Notes: generated by a model from the sequence alone, not told the origin. 64,000 nucleotides of DNA from Chiloscyllium plagiosum (GCF_004010195.1 NC_057712.1:85392886-85456885), one strand, 5' to 3'; positions 1 through 13,021 are shown, counted from the stretch's first letter. Numbers and translations: made by a program.

Positions 1-172
1 GTTAGAAAAGCTTCCTGTACACACTGCACAAACACCGCCCCATTCAATCTACTTGATCTAAAGAGCTTCCAATCAATATTTGGGTAGTTGAAATCGCCCA
101 TGACTACTACCCTGTGGCTTCTGCACCTTTCCAAAATCTGTTTCCCAATCTGTTTCTCCACATCTCTGCTGA
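1..172 (-). mobile_element. CR1-type LINE fragment, AP endonuclease region
   Basis: Minus strand reads VVMGDFNYP and FVQCVQEAFL, typical of the CR1 ORF2 endonuclease. Confidence 0.7.
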
Positions 173-177
173 AGGTG

Positions 178-720
178 TCTCTGTGTAAAAAAACAGTTGC
201 CCCTCATGTCTTTATTAAGTTTTTCTCCTCTCATCTAAAAAATATGTCCCCTTGTTTTGAACTCCCCCACACATAGGGAAACAATCCTATGCCCCTCATG
301 ATTTTATAAACCTCTATAAGGTCACCACTCAACGTCATACACTCCAGTGAAAAAGTCGTAGTCTATCTTTATAACTCAAACCTTCCATTCCTGGCCACAC
401 CCTGGTAAATATTTTCTGAACCCTCTCCAATTTAATAATATCCTTCCCATAGCTGAGTAACCAAAACTGCAAACAGTACTCCAGAAGAGATCTTACCAAT
501 GTCCTGTACAACCTCAACATCATTTCCTAACTCTTACATTACATCGTAGGCAATATGCTCAACACCTTCTTAACCATGTATGTACATATTTGTAATGGAA
601 ATTTTAAAGAATTATGTCCCTGAACCCCAAGGTCTCTGTTCTACAACACTACCCAAGGACCTATTTTTATTTGTATAAGTCTTGCCTTTGTTTTACCAAA
701 ACACCTATCCAAATTAAACC
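178..720 (-). mobile_element. CR1-type LINE 3' fragment (RT C-terminus)
   Basis: ORF 335..523 MMLRLYRTLVRSLLEYCLQFW...IIKLERVQKIFTR; homologous to the copy at 51684-52742. Confidence 0.9.
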
Positions 721-2169
721 TCCAGGTAGTTCATTCAGACCACACTGAGGCAGCCATTTTCGAATTGAAAGATTTTGAACCAATCAAGATGAATCTTTCT
801 CAACTGATTGTGCCTCATCAAGCTTGGGCCCGAGTCTTTCACTGCAATCAGTGGTAACTGCACCAATTGCTTCTCATTGGCAACCAGAACCAAAGTTTAT
901 GATTAGATTAGATTAGATTACTTGCAGTGTGGAAACAGGCCCTTCGGCCCAACAAGTACACACCGATCCGCCGAAGCGCAACCCACCCAGACCCATTCCC
1001 CTACATTTACCCCTTCACCGAACACTACAGGCAATTTAGCGTGGCCAATTCACTTATTCTGTAATGGTTCCCCAGTGTATGTCCTCAATGTGGCTGAGGC
1101 CTTGGCAAATTTAAGGGTTGGAGTCCAGAGGAAATCTTGTTAAAGACTGGTTCTGTAACCACTGATATAGCTGCGCTGGTATTGACCTGCATAAGAACTG
1201 GGTGACAATTTAACTCAACGTTTATTTTGACTGGGTCCAATTTGAATGTTGATACACAATTTAGGTGTTCCCAACCATATGTAGATGGACTTTCCAGGGT
1301 GTGCATTCTCCTGGATACTGGCCTTTGAGTTTTCTTACTCAAGTCAGGCCTTATAGGACTCCATTGCCGTCTCGAGTTCTCACACCGTTGCCAACAACAA
1401 TGGTTTGCTGGTTCGGATCCTGAGGAACATTTTAGCCATTTGGTCGAGGCTCGACTTTGTTTTGAGTTTTTGCTGTGGGCTGGCCCAGGGTCCCTCTGCT
1501 CACAATACGCCCTGTGTGAGGCTCTGTGAGTGCAAACACTGAAATGGTATTCCCCAAGCTCAGTTGGACAGGAGAGGGTGTGCACTTCCATTGGGATGCC
1601 CTGTAGCTCCTATGCTCTACTTGCTGCAATTTCTAATGACAAATTGTAGTGCCTGTTTGAAGTCCAGTTGGACTTCAGTTAGTAGGCACCTTTGCATAGG
1701 TACATCATTAATCCCACATACCAAACTGTCTTTCAGTGTCTCATTCAGGGCTAACCCAAAATCACATGGCTCTGCTCGTCATCTTAACCTCATCCAAAAT
1801 CCCGATATGGATGCCCCTTTTTCTTGGGCTGCTGAATAAAACTGACAGTGTCTCAGAATTAGAGGAGGCTTCAGGTTGTAATATTTCGTAACTATATCTG
1901 TCAACTCTTGAAAGGTTTTAGTATCTGGTGCCTCAGGAAAAGTTAGGTTCCTAATAACTGAAAGCAGTCAAAAGGATTAATCACAGCATTGCATCCGCCC
2001 CAATGTCATTTGCCTGGAAAAAATACCGCATTCTTTCCACATACTGGACCCAGACTTCGAAGGCAGGATCAAGTAAATCAAGTTTCTTAAATTAAAGCAT
2101 AATGCCAAAAATGCTTACCCCCAACTCAAAGATGACTTGTGCAAGTGTACAGTTTTCTCTTGTCACCAC
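721..2169 (-). mobile_element. Decayed Gypsy LTR retrotransposon internal region (gag-protease), split by a SINE and 3'-truncated by CR1
   Basis: Minus strand: gag from ~2100 (KLDLLDPAFEVWVQYVERMRYFFQANDI, LKDSLVCGINDVPMQRCLLTEVQLDFKQAL); protease PVKINVELNCHPVLMQVNTSAAISVV (degenerate DTGA), continuing in 721-900 as LPLIAVKDSGPSL...KIHLDW. Contains stops and frameshifts. Confidence 0.85.
901..1053 (-). mobile_element. HE1-like (V-SINE) 3' fragment inserted in the Gypsy protease region
   Basis: (ATTAG)n tail and ggaaacaggcccttcggcccaacaag...; nearly identical to the tail of the SINE at 36621. Confidence 0.85.
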
Positions 2170-2401
2170 TGAAATAATTGCACAGAGGCTAGTATCCTGT
2201 CACCAAGTCACCCTTTATTTAGATATGCATGGTACATGGCATCTGACTAGTCAACTCAGAGCCAGTCCCTAGAATGAGGAGAGACTCTGAATCTCCTGTT
2301 TATATCTGTCAGCCTGGGCTCCCTGATTGGCCAAGGTTAAAACCCCAATCAAGGATCTCATAAACATTGAGATCCACCTGACCCTCATTCCAATTGCTAC
2401 A
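2170..2401 (-). mobile_element. 5' LTR of the Gypsy element
   Basis: Minus strand TGTAGCA...TTATTTCA (TG...CA) with CCAAT, GATATAAA and AATAAA; followed by a PBS-like TGGTGACAAG (CpG-decayed form of TGGCGACGAG, tRNA-Ser type) and then gag. Confidence 0.85.
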
Positions 2402-3630
2402 GAGGGACATAGAAAACCAGAAATTAGAGAACTGCTGGCCTACAATCAGTCCAAGGGAAAATGCTAAATTCTATTGCAAAGTATGTCATTATAATACATT
2501 TGAAAATGCCAGTGGGACAATGTGGATTCATGAAAGGGAAATCATGTTTGACAAGCTTACAAGAGTTTTTTTTTTGAGGACCTATCGATAAGGGAGAACC
2601 ATAGAATATGGTGTATTAGGATTTTCAAAAAATCTTTTAATAAAGTCCCACTTAAGAGGATAGTGTCCAGAATCAAACTAGATGAGTTCAGTAATACTAT
2701 ACTGGTGTGGATTGAGAAATGATTTATAGACAGAAAACAGAGAGCAGGAATACATGATCTTTTGTGATATTGTATTCAGTGATTCAACAGATACCATAGG
2801 GATCTCTGCTTGACCCCCAGCTATTTACAATATATTATTATAGTGATATTAGATGTTTGCTGGTGACACCAAATTAGCTGAGACTGCAAGTAATGAAGAG
2901 GATGTGGAAAACCTTCAAGATGAGTTAGACGGGTTGAATAAGTTACCAAATGCATGGCAGCAGCGGGATAAATATTAAGGTGTCCTCTTCAGTGAAAAAA
3001 TGTAGAATTGCAGTGAATTGTTCAACTCATGACAGTTTGGGAAATGTTGATATACAAAGGGGATTTTTGTCTTTGAACAGCAGGCATGTGTGCAGCAAGC
3101 AGTTAAGAAGGAAAATGGTAAGTTGATCTTCACAGAACGAGGGTTTGAATACATGAGCAAGGAGGTCTTACCGCTGCTGTACAGGGCCTTGGTGAGACAG
3201 CACCTGGAGAATTGTGTGCAGCTTTGACCTCTTTACCTCAGAAAAGATATACTTATAGGGTGGACTATAGATGGGATGAAGCACTTGGATGGCAGGTTTG
3301 TTGCTGAGGAACAATGGTGCTTCTCATTCCAAGATCAAGGGGTCATGGTCTCCGGAGATGGGATGGGCTATTTTAGACTGAGACAAGGAGAAATCTCTTC
3401 ACCCAGAGGGGATAGTAAACCTTTGGAATCCTCTACCACAAAAAGTGCTGTGGAGGCTAAGTCACTGGATATGTTTAAGAAAGAAATAGATTTCTAGAGA
3501 CCAAAATTGTCGAGGGGTATGAGGAGATAGTGGGAGTATTGCATCGAGATACAGCATCAACAATAATTATGTTGAAGAGTAGAGTGCGCTTGGTGGACTG
3601 AATGGCCTACTCCTGCTTCTATTTTTTCTA
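2402..3630 (+). mobile_element. Decayed CR1-type LINE, RT region to 3' tail
   Basis: Degenerate RT motifs; ctgtacagggccttggtgagacagcacctggag (LYRALVRxHLE); 3' end aatggcctactcctgcttctat. Confidence 0.85.
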
Positions 3631-4844
3631 CTAAATATTACAGTAAGTTCTAAACACTCACTATTCAGCTCATTCCCAATTCATTTCCACTGGCTGAATG
3701 ACCTTAATATTCAATCCATTGCTTTGAGGCTGCAGTCCCACTGTGCGCATCAAGATTGCATTGTTGTCTCAAGCATGTAAAATGTTGAATGTAGAGAAAG
3801 AGATAGGAAAGTTCAGAGGAGCAATACCTACATTGGATTGAGAGACCAGTGTAAATGGGAAAAAAAGAGAATCAGGGACCTAATACAACTTGACAATCTT
3901 TTTAAGAAGGAAAAGAAAATCATGAAAGCTGCAAAAGTGTTGACATCAGCTGCTGGAGATAAAGGAGAGAGTGTTTAAAAATGAGCTTTTTACTCCCAAA
4001 GAAGATAAATAAATTATGACATAAAAGTTATTACATTATTTGCCAAAAATGCTTATTTTGGCAAAAGTACAACAGACCGGGTTCAGTGATTTGAGTTGAA
4101 TCCAAAGTGACTGGAGATTTATTTGAGTAGTGGTTGGTGGAGGTGCAATATTGGCAATAAAACTCACCAACCAGCAAATGTACAGCAACTGTTGGCCTTA
4201 AAGTTAAATTGGAAGATCACACTTGACACATATTTTAAAGCCTAATAGAAAACAACTTGTCAAACGTTCTGAACTGTAAATGGATTTTTTTTTCGGTGAC
4301 CAGGAAATGGTTTGATTTTCTGCTCAATTGTTTAAACGTTTTACAATGATATACTGGTGTGTGGCTCAGTCTCAATAGCCATAAAAACTGATACAATTAA
4401 AAGACAAAAGACAGTTTCTCCATAGTAATTATTCCCTGCTGTATATCATCACTGCTTCTCTTGGAAGCAATACAGTATATGCAACAGTAAATAGTGGAGG
4501 AGGGAACATTCTCGCAGCTTAATTATGTAATAACCGTTTAGTTATAGTTAGCTTGAAGGTGCCAGATTGAGTCTGCCGCAATCTTGATAATTAAATTTTA
4601 CTGAACCTATCACTATTGAGACTGTGCTAAACAAAAACTGCAGCAGTCCCAATTTGCTAATGCCATGGTCGAATTTAGTACATAAAATGCATTATTAACA
4701 AACACAATATCATGGCCTATCCAACAGTATCTTCCTTTGCAGTGACTGAACTGTTCAACTGTTGCCCTACAGGAAAGATTTGCTCCTAGTTTGATTCTAA
4801 TGGATTCTTACTGTTTCCTTTTGGTTCTCCTCTATAACCAGACT

Positions 4845-5057
4845 GGGGGCTAGTTAGCTCAGTTGGGTGGCTAGGTTTGCAATGCAGAGTGAACCAGCAG
4901 TGGGGGTTTTATTTCTGCACCAGTGAGGTTTCCAAGAAAATCTCTCTCCGCTCCTGAGGAGTGGTGACCTTCATGCTAAACCATCACCAGTCACTTCTCT
5001 CAATGGAGAGCAGCCCTATGGTCTGGTAAGACTATGGTAACCTTACCATCTTTTTTA
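4845..5057 (+). mobile_element. tRNA-derived SINE-like element
   Basis: Starts ggggctagttagctcagttgg (A-box-like) with a degenerate B box; ends cagccctatggtctggtaagactatgg plus a T-rich tail. Confidence 0.6.
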
Positions 5058-5059
5058 AC

Positions 5060-5842
5060 AACCAGACTCTATCTGATAATGTCATCTCATCGTTCTCTGG
5101 GCACTTGTTCAAGGATGGTAGCTTTAGTAAGATCGTACTCATTGGTTGCAGAAGCCTTGTTGGCTAAGTCAGGCTTCCATTTCTGGCAGAGTTTCCCACA
5201 GCAGGTATTGTTGTAGGTATTGTTGCTGATGGTTTATCCCTATCACCATTTCCCTTTCATTTTAGTTGATTGCTTAGTCAGAAAAAATTCTGTAACATTT
5301 CCAATGTAATATTTCCAGGCAACATACTCAATGACCTGCACTTCTCATTGACTATTACCAATGTGACACACAGAGAGGAACTTCATCAGGCAGCCCATGA
5401 AATATTATCATGGAGCCCTTCTGTGTTCAGATCTCTATACAACATGACGTCAGGCAGACGACTGTCATCCATCTGAGCAATATGACCCGTCCAACAGTTA
5501 ACTTTGCAAGAGGCTGGTGATGTTGACTGTTTCTAAGATTTCAGGTTCACTGAGCAGACTTCTCAATGAAAAAAGGTTCACTGGAGAGATTGAAAAGATC
5601 TCTGTCAGTCCAGAAGTATTCTTAAACCCCCTCCTCAAGGTTTTCTGTTGCCTTCTGCATCATTACATTGAAGAAGATGCTGAATAAGGTTGGGCTGAGG
5701 ACATGTCCTTACTTAATACCATTGGAGATTCAAAAGGGATTCAGGAGGTCACTATGGATCTTGTTTGTGGTGATTTTCATGAAACTGTTTCACCATGGCC
5801 AGGAAACTAGGTTGCATCCAAGTCTTTCAAGGATTTTCCAAG
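5060..5842 (-). mobile_element. RTE-clade LINE, 3' part (RT)
   Basis: Minus strand KILERLGC and ISNGIK*GHVLSPTLFSIFF (RTE GVKQGCVLAPTLF motif). Confidence 0.8.
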
Positions 5843-8454
5843 GGCATTTATTTCAATGCAAGGGGTCTTACAGATCAGACTGGTGTACTCAGGGTGCGTC
5901 TGGAAACATCACAGTGGGGCATCATACCTCTACAGAAATTTGGCTGAGGGAAGGATAAGACAGGCAGCTCAGTATTCTGGATTTTAAATGCTATGGGAAG
6001 GATAGAAAGGGATGCAAGTGAGGAGGGGGAGAGATGTTTTTGATTAAGGAAAATATTACTGCTGTAATTAGAAAGGATATTTCTGAGGGATTGTCCAGTG
6101 AAAGTATATATGTAGAAATTAGAAATAAAGGGATGAATCACTTTGAGAGAATTGTACCATAGATAGGGGATTTTAATTTTCCAAACATTGACTGGGATTG
6201 CCATTGTGTTGAAGTCTTGGATGGTGAGGAATTTGTTCAAAAAAACGTTCTTTCTCAATATGTAAGTGTACCTACGAACGAAGGAGCAAAACCTGACCTT
6301 CTTTCAGGAAATAAGGCAGGGCAAGTGATTGAAGTGTTAATTGGAGAATAATATATCAATTAGTTTTAAAATAGCTATGGAAAAGGACAGGCCTTCCATA
6401 AAAGGTAATGTTCTTAATTGAAGTAAGGAAAATTTTAATGGCATGAGACAAAAACTTCAAAAGTTAGTTGGAATAGACTGTTTGCAGGTAAAGGGACAAC
6501 TGATAGGTGGGAGGCTTTCAGAAGTGTGATAATGAGAGTTCAGAGACATTATGTTCCTGTTAAAGGTTGAGGGTGGTAAGAGTAACAACGGATAAATAAA
6601 GACATTGAGGTTTTAGTCAAGAGTAACAAAGAATCATATATTAGAAACTGGGATCAAATGAATCTATTGAAAAATATAGAGTGTAGGGGCATTCTTAAGA
6701 GGCAAATCAGGAAGGCAAAGAGGGGATATGAGATAGCTTTGACAGATAAGATTAAGGATAATCCAAAGAGATTCTACAAGTACATTACAAGCAAAAGAAA
6801 AACTAAAGAGAGAATAGGGCCCCTTAAAGATCAAAGAGGTCACCTATGTTGAACCTCAAGAGATAGGAGAGATACTAAATGAATTTTTAATATCAGTTTT
6901 TACTGTTGAGAAAGAAATGGCGGCTAGAGAACTCTGGGAAATAAATATTGATGTTTTGAAAACAGTTCACATTACAGAAGAGGAAGTGTTGGAGAACTCA
7001 TTAAATATAAAGATGTTTAAATCTTCGGGACCTGATGAAGTGCATCCCAGGATATTGTGGGAATTTAAGGAAAAAATTGCAGGGCCCCTAACACAAATAT
7101 TAGTATCATCTGTAAGCATGGGGTGAGATGCTGAAGGCCTGGACGGTGGTTCATGTTGTGCCTTTATTTAAGAAAGGCTGGAAGAAGTTGCCTAAGAACT
7201 TGGGAGCTGTGAGTCTGACATCGGTGATGGTTAAGTTGTTGAAGGTGATTTTGAAAGATAGGAGTTACATGTATTTGGAGAGACAAGAAGTAATTAGAGA
7301 TAGTCAGAATGGCTATCTGCATGGAAATTCATGATTCACAAACTTGATTGAATCTTTTAAGGATGTAATCAGAAAAGATTGATGAGGGCAGCAGTCCGTG
7401 TTGTTTATATGAATATTAGTAAAGGCTTTGGCAAGGTTTTGCATGATAGACTAGTTGGTAAAATTAGATCATATTGAATTCAGGCTGAGCTTGCCAATTG
7501 GATACAAAATTGGCTTTATGGTAAGAGACAGAGGTTCGTGGAGGAGGGCTGTTTTTCAGACTGGAAGCCTGTGACCAGCTGTGTTCCAGAGGTATTGGTA
7601 TTTTGTTTTGTCATTTATATAAACAATTTGAATGGCAATACAGGAGGCATGATAAGTAAGTTTGTGCGAAATAAAAACTGAAAGAACTGCAGGGGCTGTA
7701 AGTCATAAACAAAAATAGAAATTGTTGAAAAAGCTCAGCAGGTCTGGCAGCATCTGTGGAGAGAAATCCAAATTAACGTTTCAGGTCCAATGACCTCTGA
7801 ACTCTGTGAGTGTTAAGAAGGTATTTATTATACTTGCCTTCATTGCTCAGACCTTTGAACATAGGACTTGGAACATCATGTTGAAGAATACAGGATGTTG
7901 GAGAGACTTCTTCTGGAGTGCTTTGTGCAGTTCTATTCGCACTGCTGTAGGAAGGATATTATTAAATTGGTGAGGGTTCAGAAAATATTTACCAAGTTGT
8001 TGCTGGGAATGAAGGAGTTAAGTTATTAAAATAGGTTGGATAGGCTGGGACATTTTTCATTGGACTGTAGGAGGTTGAGGAGTGACCTTAGAGATTTTTT
8101 AATCATGAGGGGGATAGATAAGGTAAATAGCAAGGGCCTTTTCTGTAAGGTGGGGAGTACAAAACCACAGGTTATATTTTTAAGGTGAGAGGAGAAAGTT
8201 TTCAAAAGGACATGATGCACAACCTTTTTACACAGAGAGTAGTTCATGTGTGGAGTCAACCACTAGAGGAAGTGATGGATACAGGTACAGTTACAACATA
8301 TAAGAGACACTTAGATAAGTTCATGAATAGGAAAGGTTTGAAGGGATTTGGGCCAGGAGCAGATAGTTGGGACTAGTTTAGTTTGGGATTATGTTCAGCA
8401 TGGACTGGTTGGACCGAAGGGTCTGTTTCCATTCTGTATGAGTCTATGATTCTA
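5843..8454 (+). mobile_element. CR1-type (HER1-like) LINE spanning nearly all of ORF2, decayed; inserted into the RTE
   Basis: Starts YFNARGL (APE); IKDNPKRFYKYI, KSSGPDEVHPRIL, VVPLFKKG, VSLTSV; 3' tail ggaccgaagggtctgtttcc...tctatgattcta. Confidence 0.9.
7667..7800 (-). mobile_element. Short Penelope-derived terminal-repeat element inside the CR1
   Basis: aaagctcagcaggtctggcagcatctgtggagagaaa...aacgtttcagg; same family as 36055, 39388, 47885 and 53942. Confidence 0.7.
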
Positions 8455-10900
8455 CCTCTGCTCACTAGTGAATGTCATTCTTATTTGTATGAGTCTCCCA
8501 GTTTGGAAGAAAGGTTAAAAGGCTCAAAATGTTGACTCTGCTTTCTTTCCACACATGCTACCTGACTCGCAGAGTTTCTCTAGCAATATCTGTTTCTGTT
8601 TCAGACTTCCAACAGCTGCAGTTCTTTATTTCATTTTTATAAATCCCATGGATGTTATGCCTTACTATGAAACCATGCTGATTCTCTGGGGAGGTTGTCT
8701 CCAACATTAAGAAGGCTTGTGTCTGTCCAGAAATAGCCAGGATCTTGAAACTAAGAGAAAGAAGGATGATCCCATGGTAGTTGGAGCATTTTACATTTTC
8801 TTCGCTGTTTTGTAAAAGGTGAGTGATAACAGCATCATGGCAATCCCATGGAATTCTGCTATGTTCCCTGGAGGCTGCCGCAGAGCTTGGTATGTCAGGT
8901 CAGGCTACCACGCTCCAAGACTTCAGCTGGAATTCCATTGAAATCAGAGGCTTTGTGACTCATCATCTGGTGAATTGTCATCCTAGCTACCTCCAGGGTT
9001 GGGTTCTAATTGAGTTGGATACAGCTGTTATCAGTTTTGTGCACTGTGCATGTGGCACTGAAAAATGTTCCAAAGTATTCTGACCAGTTATCCAGGACTG
9101 ATTCCTTGTCAATGCATAGTGTCTTGCCATCGATCTTCCTCAGGAAAGTTTTGGTTTGATATGTTGATTCATGGTCAGTTTTTAGTGCTTCACAGAAGCT
9201 TATTGGCCAGCATTAGTGTATAGAGAATTTTTTTCCATATGGGTGATTCACCAGAGATTTTCAACGTTCCTCAGTTAATATCGAAGGGTTAATAATAGGC
9301 TATCTTTTATCTTACCGGACATTTTTTTGATTTGAATTATTATTGTCACATGTACCTAGGTACAGTGAAAGGTTTTGTTTTGCAGGCAGTACAGGCAGAT
9401 CATATCACACGAAGTAGGACTTGAAATGTTAACTCTGTTTCTCTCTCCATGGGTCTGCTGCATTTCTGCAACATTCACTGTCTGATTTTCTCTTGGTTGT
9501 CTGGCTGAGCCCGGAGAGCTGATGAGGTGACGTTGCAGAACTTGGATTGACTTGTCAATTCCATCAAACCGATTCCTGATCTTCTTGGTACTGAATCTGA
9601 TGATGTTGTTGGAAGTATTCAGCACTGCAGCTTTAATATGTTCCCAGAGTTCTTTCAGAGCAGAAACAGCAGTGAGGTCAGAGTGTTCCAGTCTGGTCTG
9701 TAAAGTTACTTAATATCAATCTCTGCAGATTGCTGACTTGAAATTTATACTGTGGATTGTTTCTTGGTCTGTTCTTGGGCTGAGGCTTGCATTGGAAGTA
9801 TAGCTGTGAGCAAACAAGCTGAGGATCTATGCCAGTCGGTCCTGATCATGACTCAAGTATGCCAAAGATCCTCAAAGCCACACTGGCACACCAAGGTTCA
9901 ATCTATCAGGTGCCTGTGTTTAGAGCGAGTAAAGAAAATGATAGTCCAAGAGTAGACATTCATTTTCACTGCAGTTTCTAACACCATGGTTACCAAGCAC
10001 TTACTTCCACACCCGGCAATCAAGCCAACTCTGGAATTGAAATCACCAAGGACAACAATTTAATCCCCAGGGAAGGACTTTCTGGATAAGCTGTTGGAGA
10101 TCTGTTCTACAGAGTTTCAGAATTTTCCGACATTACCCACATGATGAAGAAAGGTTGGAAGTTTTCTTCTCTGCCATGATCTGGCTGCTATTAGACATGT
10201 TGTTGTGGATGGTAGGGGTCCAGCATTTGTTCAAATTACTTTTCCTCAGCTCCGGTCCACTAGGGTGTATGCTGTGCTTAGCAGAGATGGTACCTTTGTG
10301 CCTTCAGTCAGCTGCATCTTAACCATGGGATGGACTGGAATCACTGATCCTAATTTACACCCGAATCTCAGCCAATGAGCAAAAGGGAGAAACAATGTAG
10401 ATGGTATCATCTTCCTAATAAAGGCAACGGCCATGGTGGAAGGATTCCAGCCCAATGACCACCATGTTCTGGACTAAATATGTGCCATACCATTTTCTGT
10501 GGATTACATTGGTCAAGCAGCCATGGATAAACTAACAAAGGAAGAGGGTCCTTTCAAGCTTTGGTGACCCTACCCAGGACAGGGAAACTCTGAATCTAAG
10601 CCTGGTGCCTGGAGACTTCTCTGTTGCTGTTCTGGTTCACTGGTCCAGGACAGATGGGTTGAAGGGGTGGGAGGGCAGGAACCATTCAGAGCACCTGCAC
10701 CCCTTGTACAAGTACAAAGGAAAGTCAAATGGTCCACACAACTGAAGCACAAGCAAGTCCTTAAACAATGGGAAAAGATTGAAAATAGTTTCCAATCCTG
10801 CACCCTCAGAAAACTGATCCCTAGTAATCATCCGCACACCCCTCACCAGTGTCATCTTACAGGGACTGAGTAAAAATCTTTTCTGCCAGAGTGTACTTAT
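8455..10900 (-). mobile_element. RTE-clade LINE, 5' part (APE, linker and RT N-terminus), decayed, with small insertions
   Basis: Minus strand IVVLGDFNSRVG, HGVRNCSENE, WSEYF, WEHSRIPWDCHDAVIT, SNYHGIILLS; joins the 5060-5842 piece across the CR1. The 5' boundary is approximate. Confidence 0.8.
8500..8635 (+). mobile_element. Short Penelope-derived terminal-repeat element
   Basis: aaaatgttgactctgctttc...atgctacctgac...tcagacttccaacagctgcagttc matches the recurrent family. Confidence 0.65.
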
Positions 10901-11384
10901 TTTGTAGCGACACTGCATATGGAAACTGTTACACAAGCCATTACTGTCCAATACTACTGGCTTCAGATAAAAAGCAGAAAATGACAACAATTTAGTCGGT
11001 GTCTGAAATATAGAGGGTAGTTCAGTGCTTCAAAAATGAGTCTTCATCAGAACATTAATTAGAACTAAAAAATGTGCTACTTTGTTTTAATCGCCCTTGA
11101 TTTGGAAAGTTACACAATAGTTGAACCAGGACCTCATTTATAATGACATAGATGTTTGCAGGTGCTAGTGGGGGAGGTGAGATTCTATTCCACTCTGCTA
11201 GGTAGACGTGTGATGATTGCACAAGTAAAGTAGCTCTGCAAAGGCTCAGTTGACAGATTGAAATTCAATTCCTTTTTGCTCTTTCTAACTTAACTGGGCA
11301 CTGTTAGTAGGTGCAAGGCACATGTCTGATTAATGCGGCAGCCTCATTACTTTGTGCAATTATATCATTAGGGCCTCATAGCCA

Positions 11385-11550
11385 CGATGTGGAGGTGCTG
11401 GTGTTGAACTTGCACGGACAAAATCAGAAGTCACACGACCCCAAGTTATAGTCCAACAGATTTATTTGAAATCATAAACTTTCAGAGTGTTGCTCCTTCA
11501 TCAGGGGGATTGTTGGACTATACCCTGGTGTCATGTGACTTCTGACATTT
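11385..11550. mobile_element. Penelope-derived fold-back element with a decayed hammerhead motif
   Basis: Inverted arms tcagaagtcacacgacc...tatagtccaaca / tgttggactata...gtgacttctga; minus strand CTGATGAAGGAGC...GAAAG. Same family as 36420-36602. Confidence 0.75.
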
Positions 11551-12661
11551 TAATAGCTGTCCCCATTCTGGTTGGACTTAAGAAGAGTAATCTAGAAACA
11601 TTTGTCAGTGGAGCCAGGAGGAATAGGGTTGCTCCTTAGAAAGGAGTGAAAAAAAAATCAGATTCCACTCCACCCTTTACATCCATGACATTGCCTTCAC
11701 TTTAAACACTTTCCCCATCCAGCAATTTACCCAAGGACCTTCATGCAACCTTTTCATTGAGTGACTCTAGTCAGTTGCTATTTTCTTGCATTTCAGACAA
11801 GAGGCTGACTAACAAGATGCAAGTGAGATTTGGCAGCAGCACAAGCCTCAAGCTGAGAATGGCAGGTCGCTGGGTAGAATGAAAGTTTGCCCCACTGAAC
11901 CAAAATCTATTCTCAATTAATATTCCCTGCCTGTCACCTTTTTGTAAATCTCAGTGCGAGGTCAGTTCAAGGAAAGAAGGTCATGTCGGTTGTACTCAAA
12001 GCAATTATAAAATCTGTCATTTTTCAATTTAGGGACACATTGTCTCACAAAATAGATGTGAGACTCAGGACTTGTCACACATTTCCTGAAAATACAGCCA
12101 TCACCTGAATTAGGAGCAAGAAGAACTGTCTAATGAGTATCAAGCCCAAATCATTATTTCAAAATATGTCAAGAACGTAGGACCAGAGCACAGACAGAAA
12201 TTAATGAAAAATAAATTTAGAACAAGTATCAAGAAAATATCTTCAGTCATTGAGTGAAGAATGTTTGGAATAATCTGTCAAACAAAGCAATAAAAGCAAA
12301 ATCATGATTATTTATGAGACAATTAATTGTTACGATTAAAGTGGAGGGAAAAGGTTCAGTGCTCTTCCCTTATTCTTGACTTTTCTGTCATTTTTATTGT
12401 ATCTTTCAGGATATTAGCCAAGACAATTAGACTGCAGCACATGATGAAACCAATAGTAAAAATGAAGACTTTCACTTCTATAGCTCCTTTCATGATCTTA
12501 AGGTATTTTAAATAGTTTTGCAGCACAGTGATTTTTAAAGTGCAGTGCAAGAGTGAGAATTAACATTGATAGGATTTAACACATTGATTGATGATTAGAC
12601 TTGGTTATCGGGGAAGTTTAAAATATCGCCCATGTGCAGACCCTGATGGAAATGTATAAAT

Positions 12662-13017
12662 GTTTTAAAACAGGTACCCAAAAAAAAACATGGGTCATCG
12701 TTAAAGAAAAATAGAAACAGTGCAGCATCATAACTTTGTGATTTCTGTTTTAAAACAGTACCCAAAAAAAGCACGGTCTAGATGCAGTGTTCAATGACTT
12801 GACATAAAATAGAAAAAAAAATGGGCCATCATTAAAGAAAAACAAAAACAGTGCAGCGTCATAACTTTGTGATTTTTGTTTTAGAACAGTACCCCAAAAA
12901 AAACACGGTCTAGATGCAGCGTTCAATGACTTGACTAAAATAGAAAAAAAAAGGGCAATCGTTAAAGAAAAATAAAAACAGTGCAGCATCATAACTTTGT
13001 GATTTTTGTTTTAAAAC
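12662..13017. repeat. Local tandem repeat, ~130 bp unit, ~2.7 copies
   Basis: ataactttgtgattt recurs at ~12730, ~12861 and ~12991; cacggtctagatgcag occurs twice. Confidence 0.9.
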
Positions 13018-13021
13018 GACT

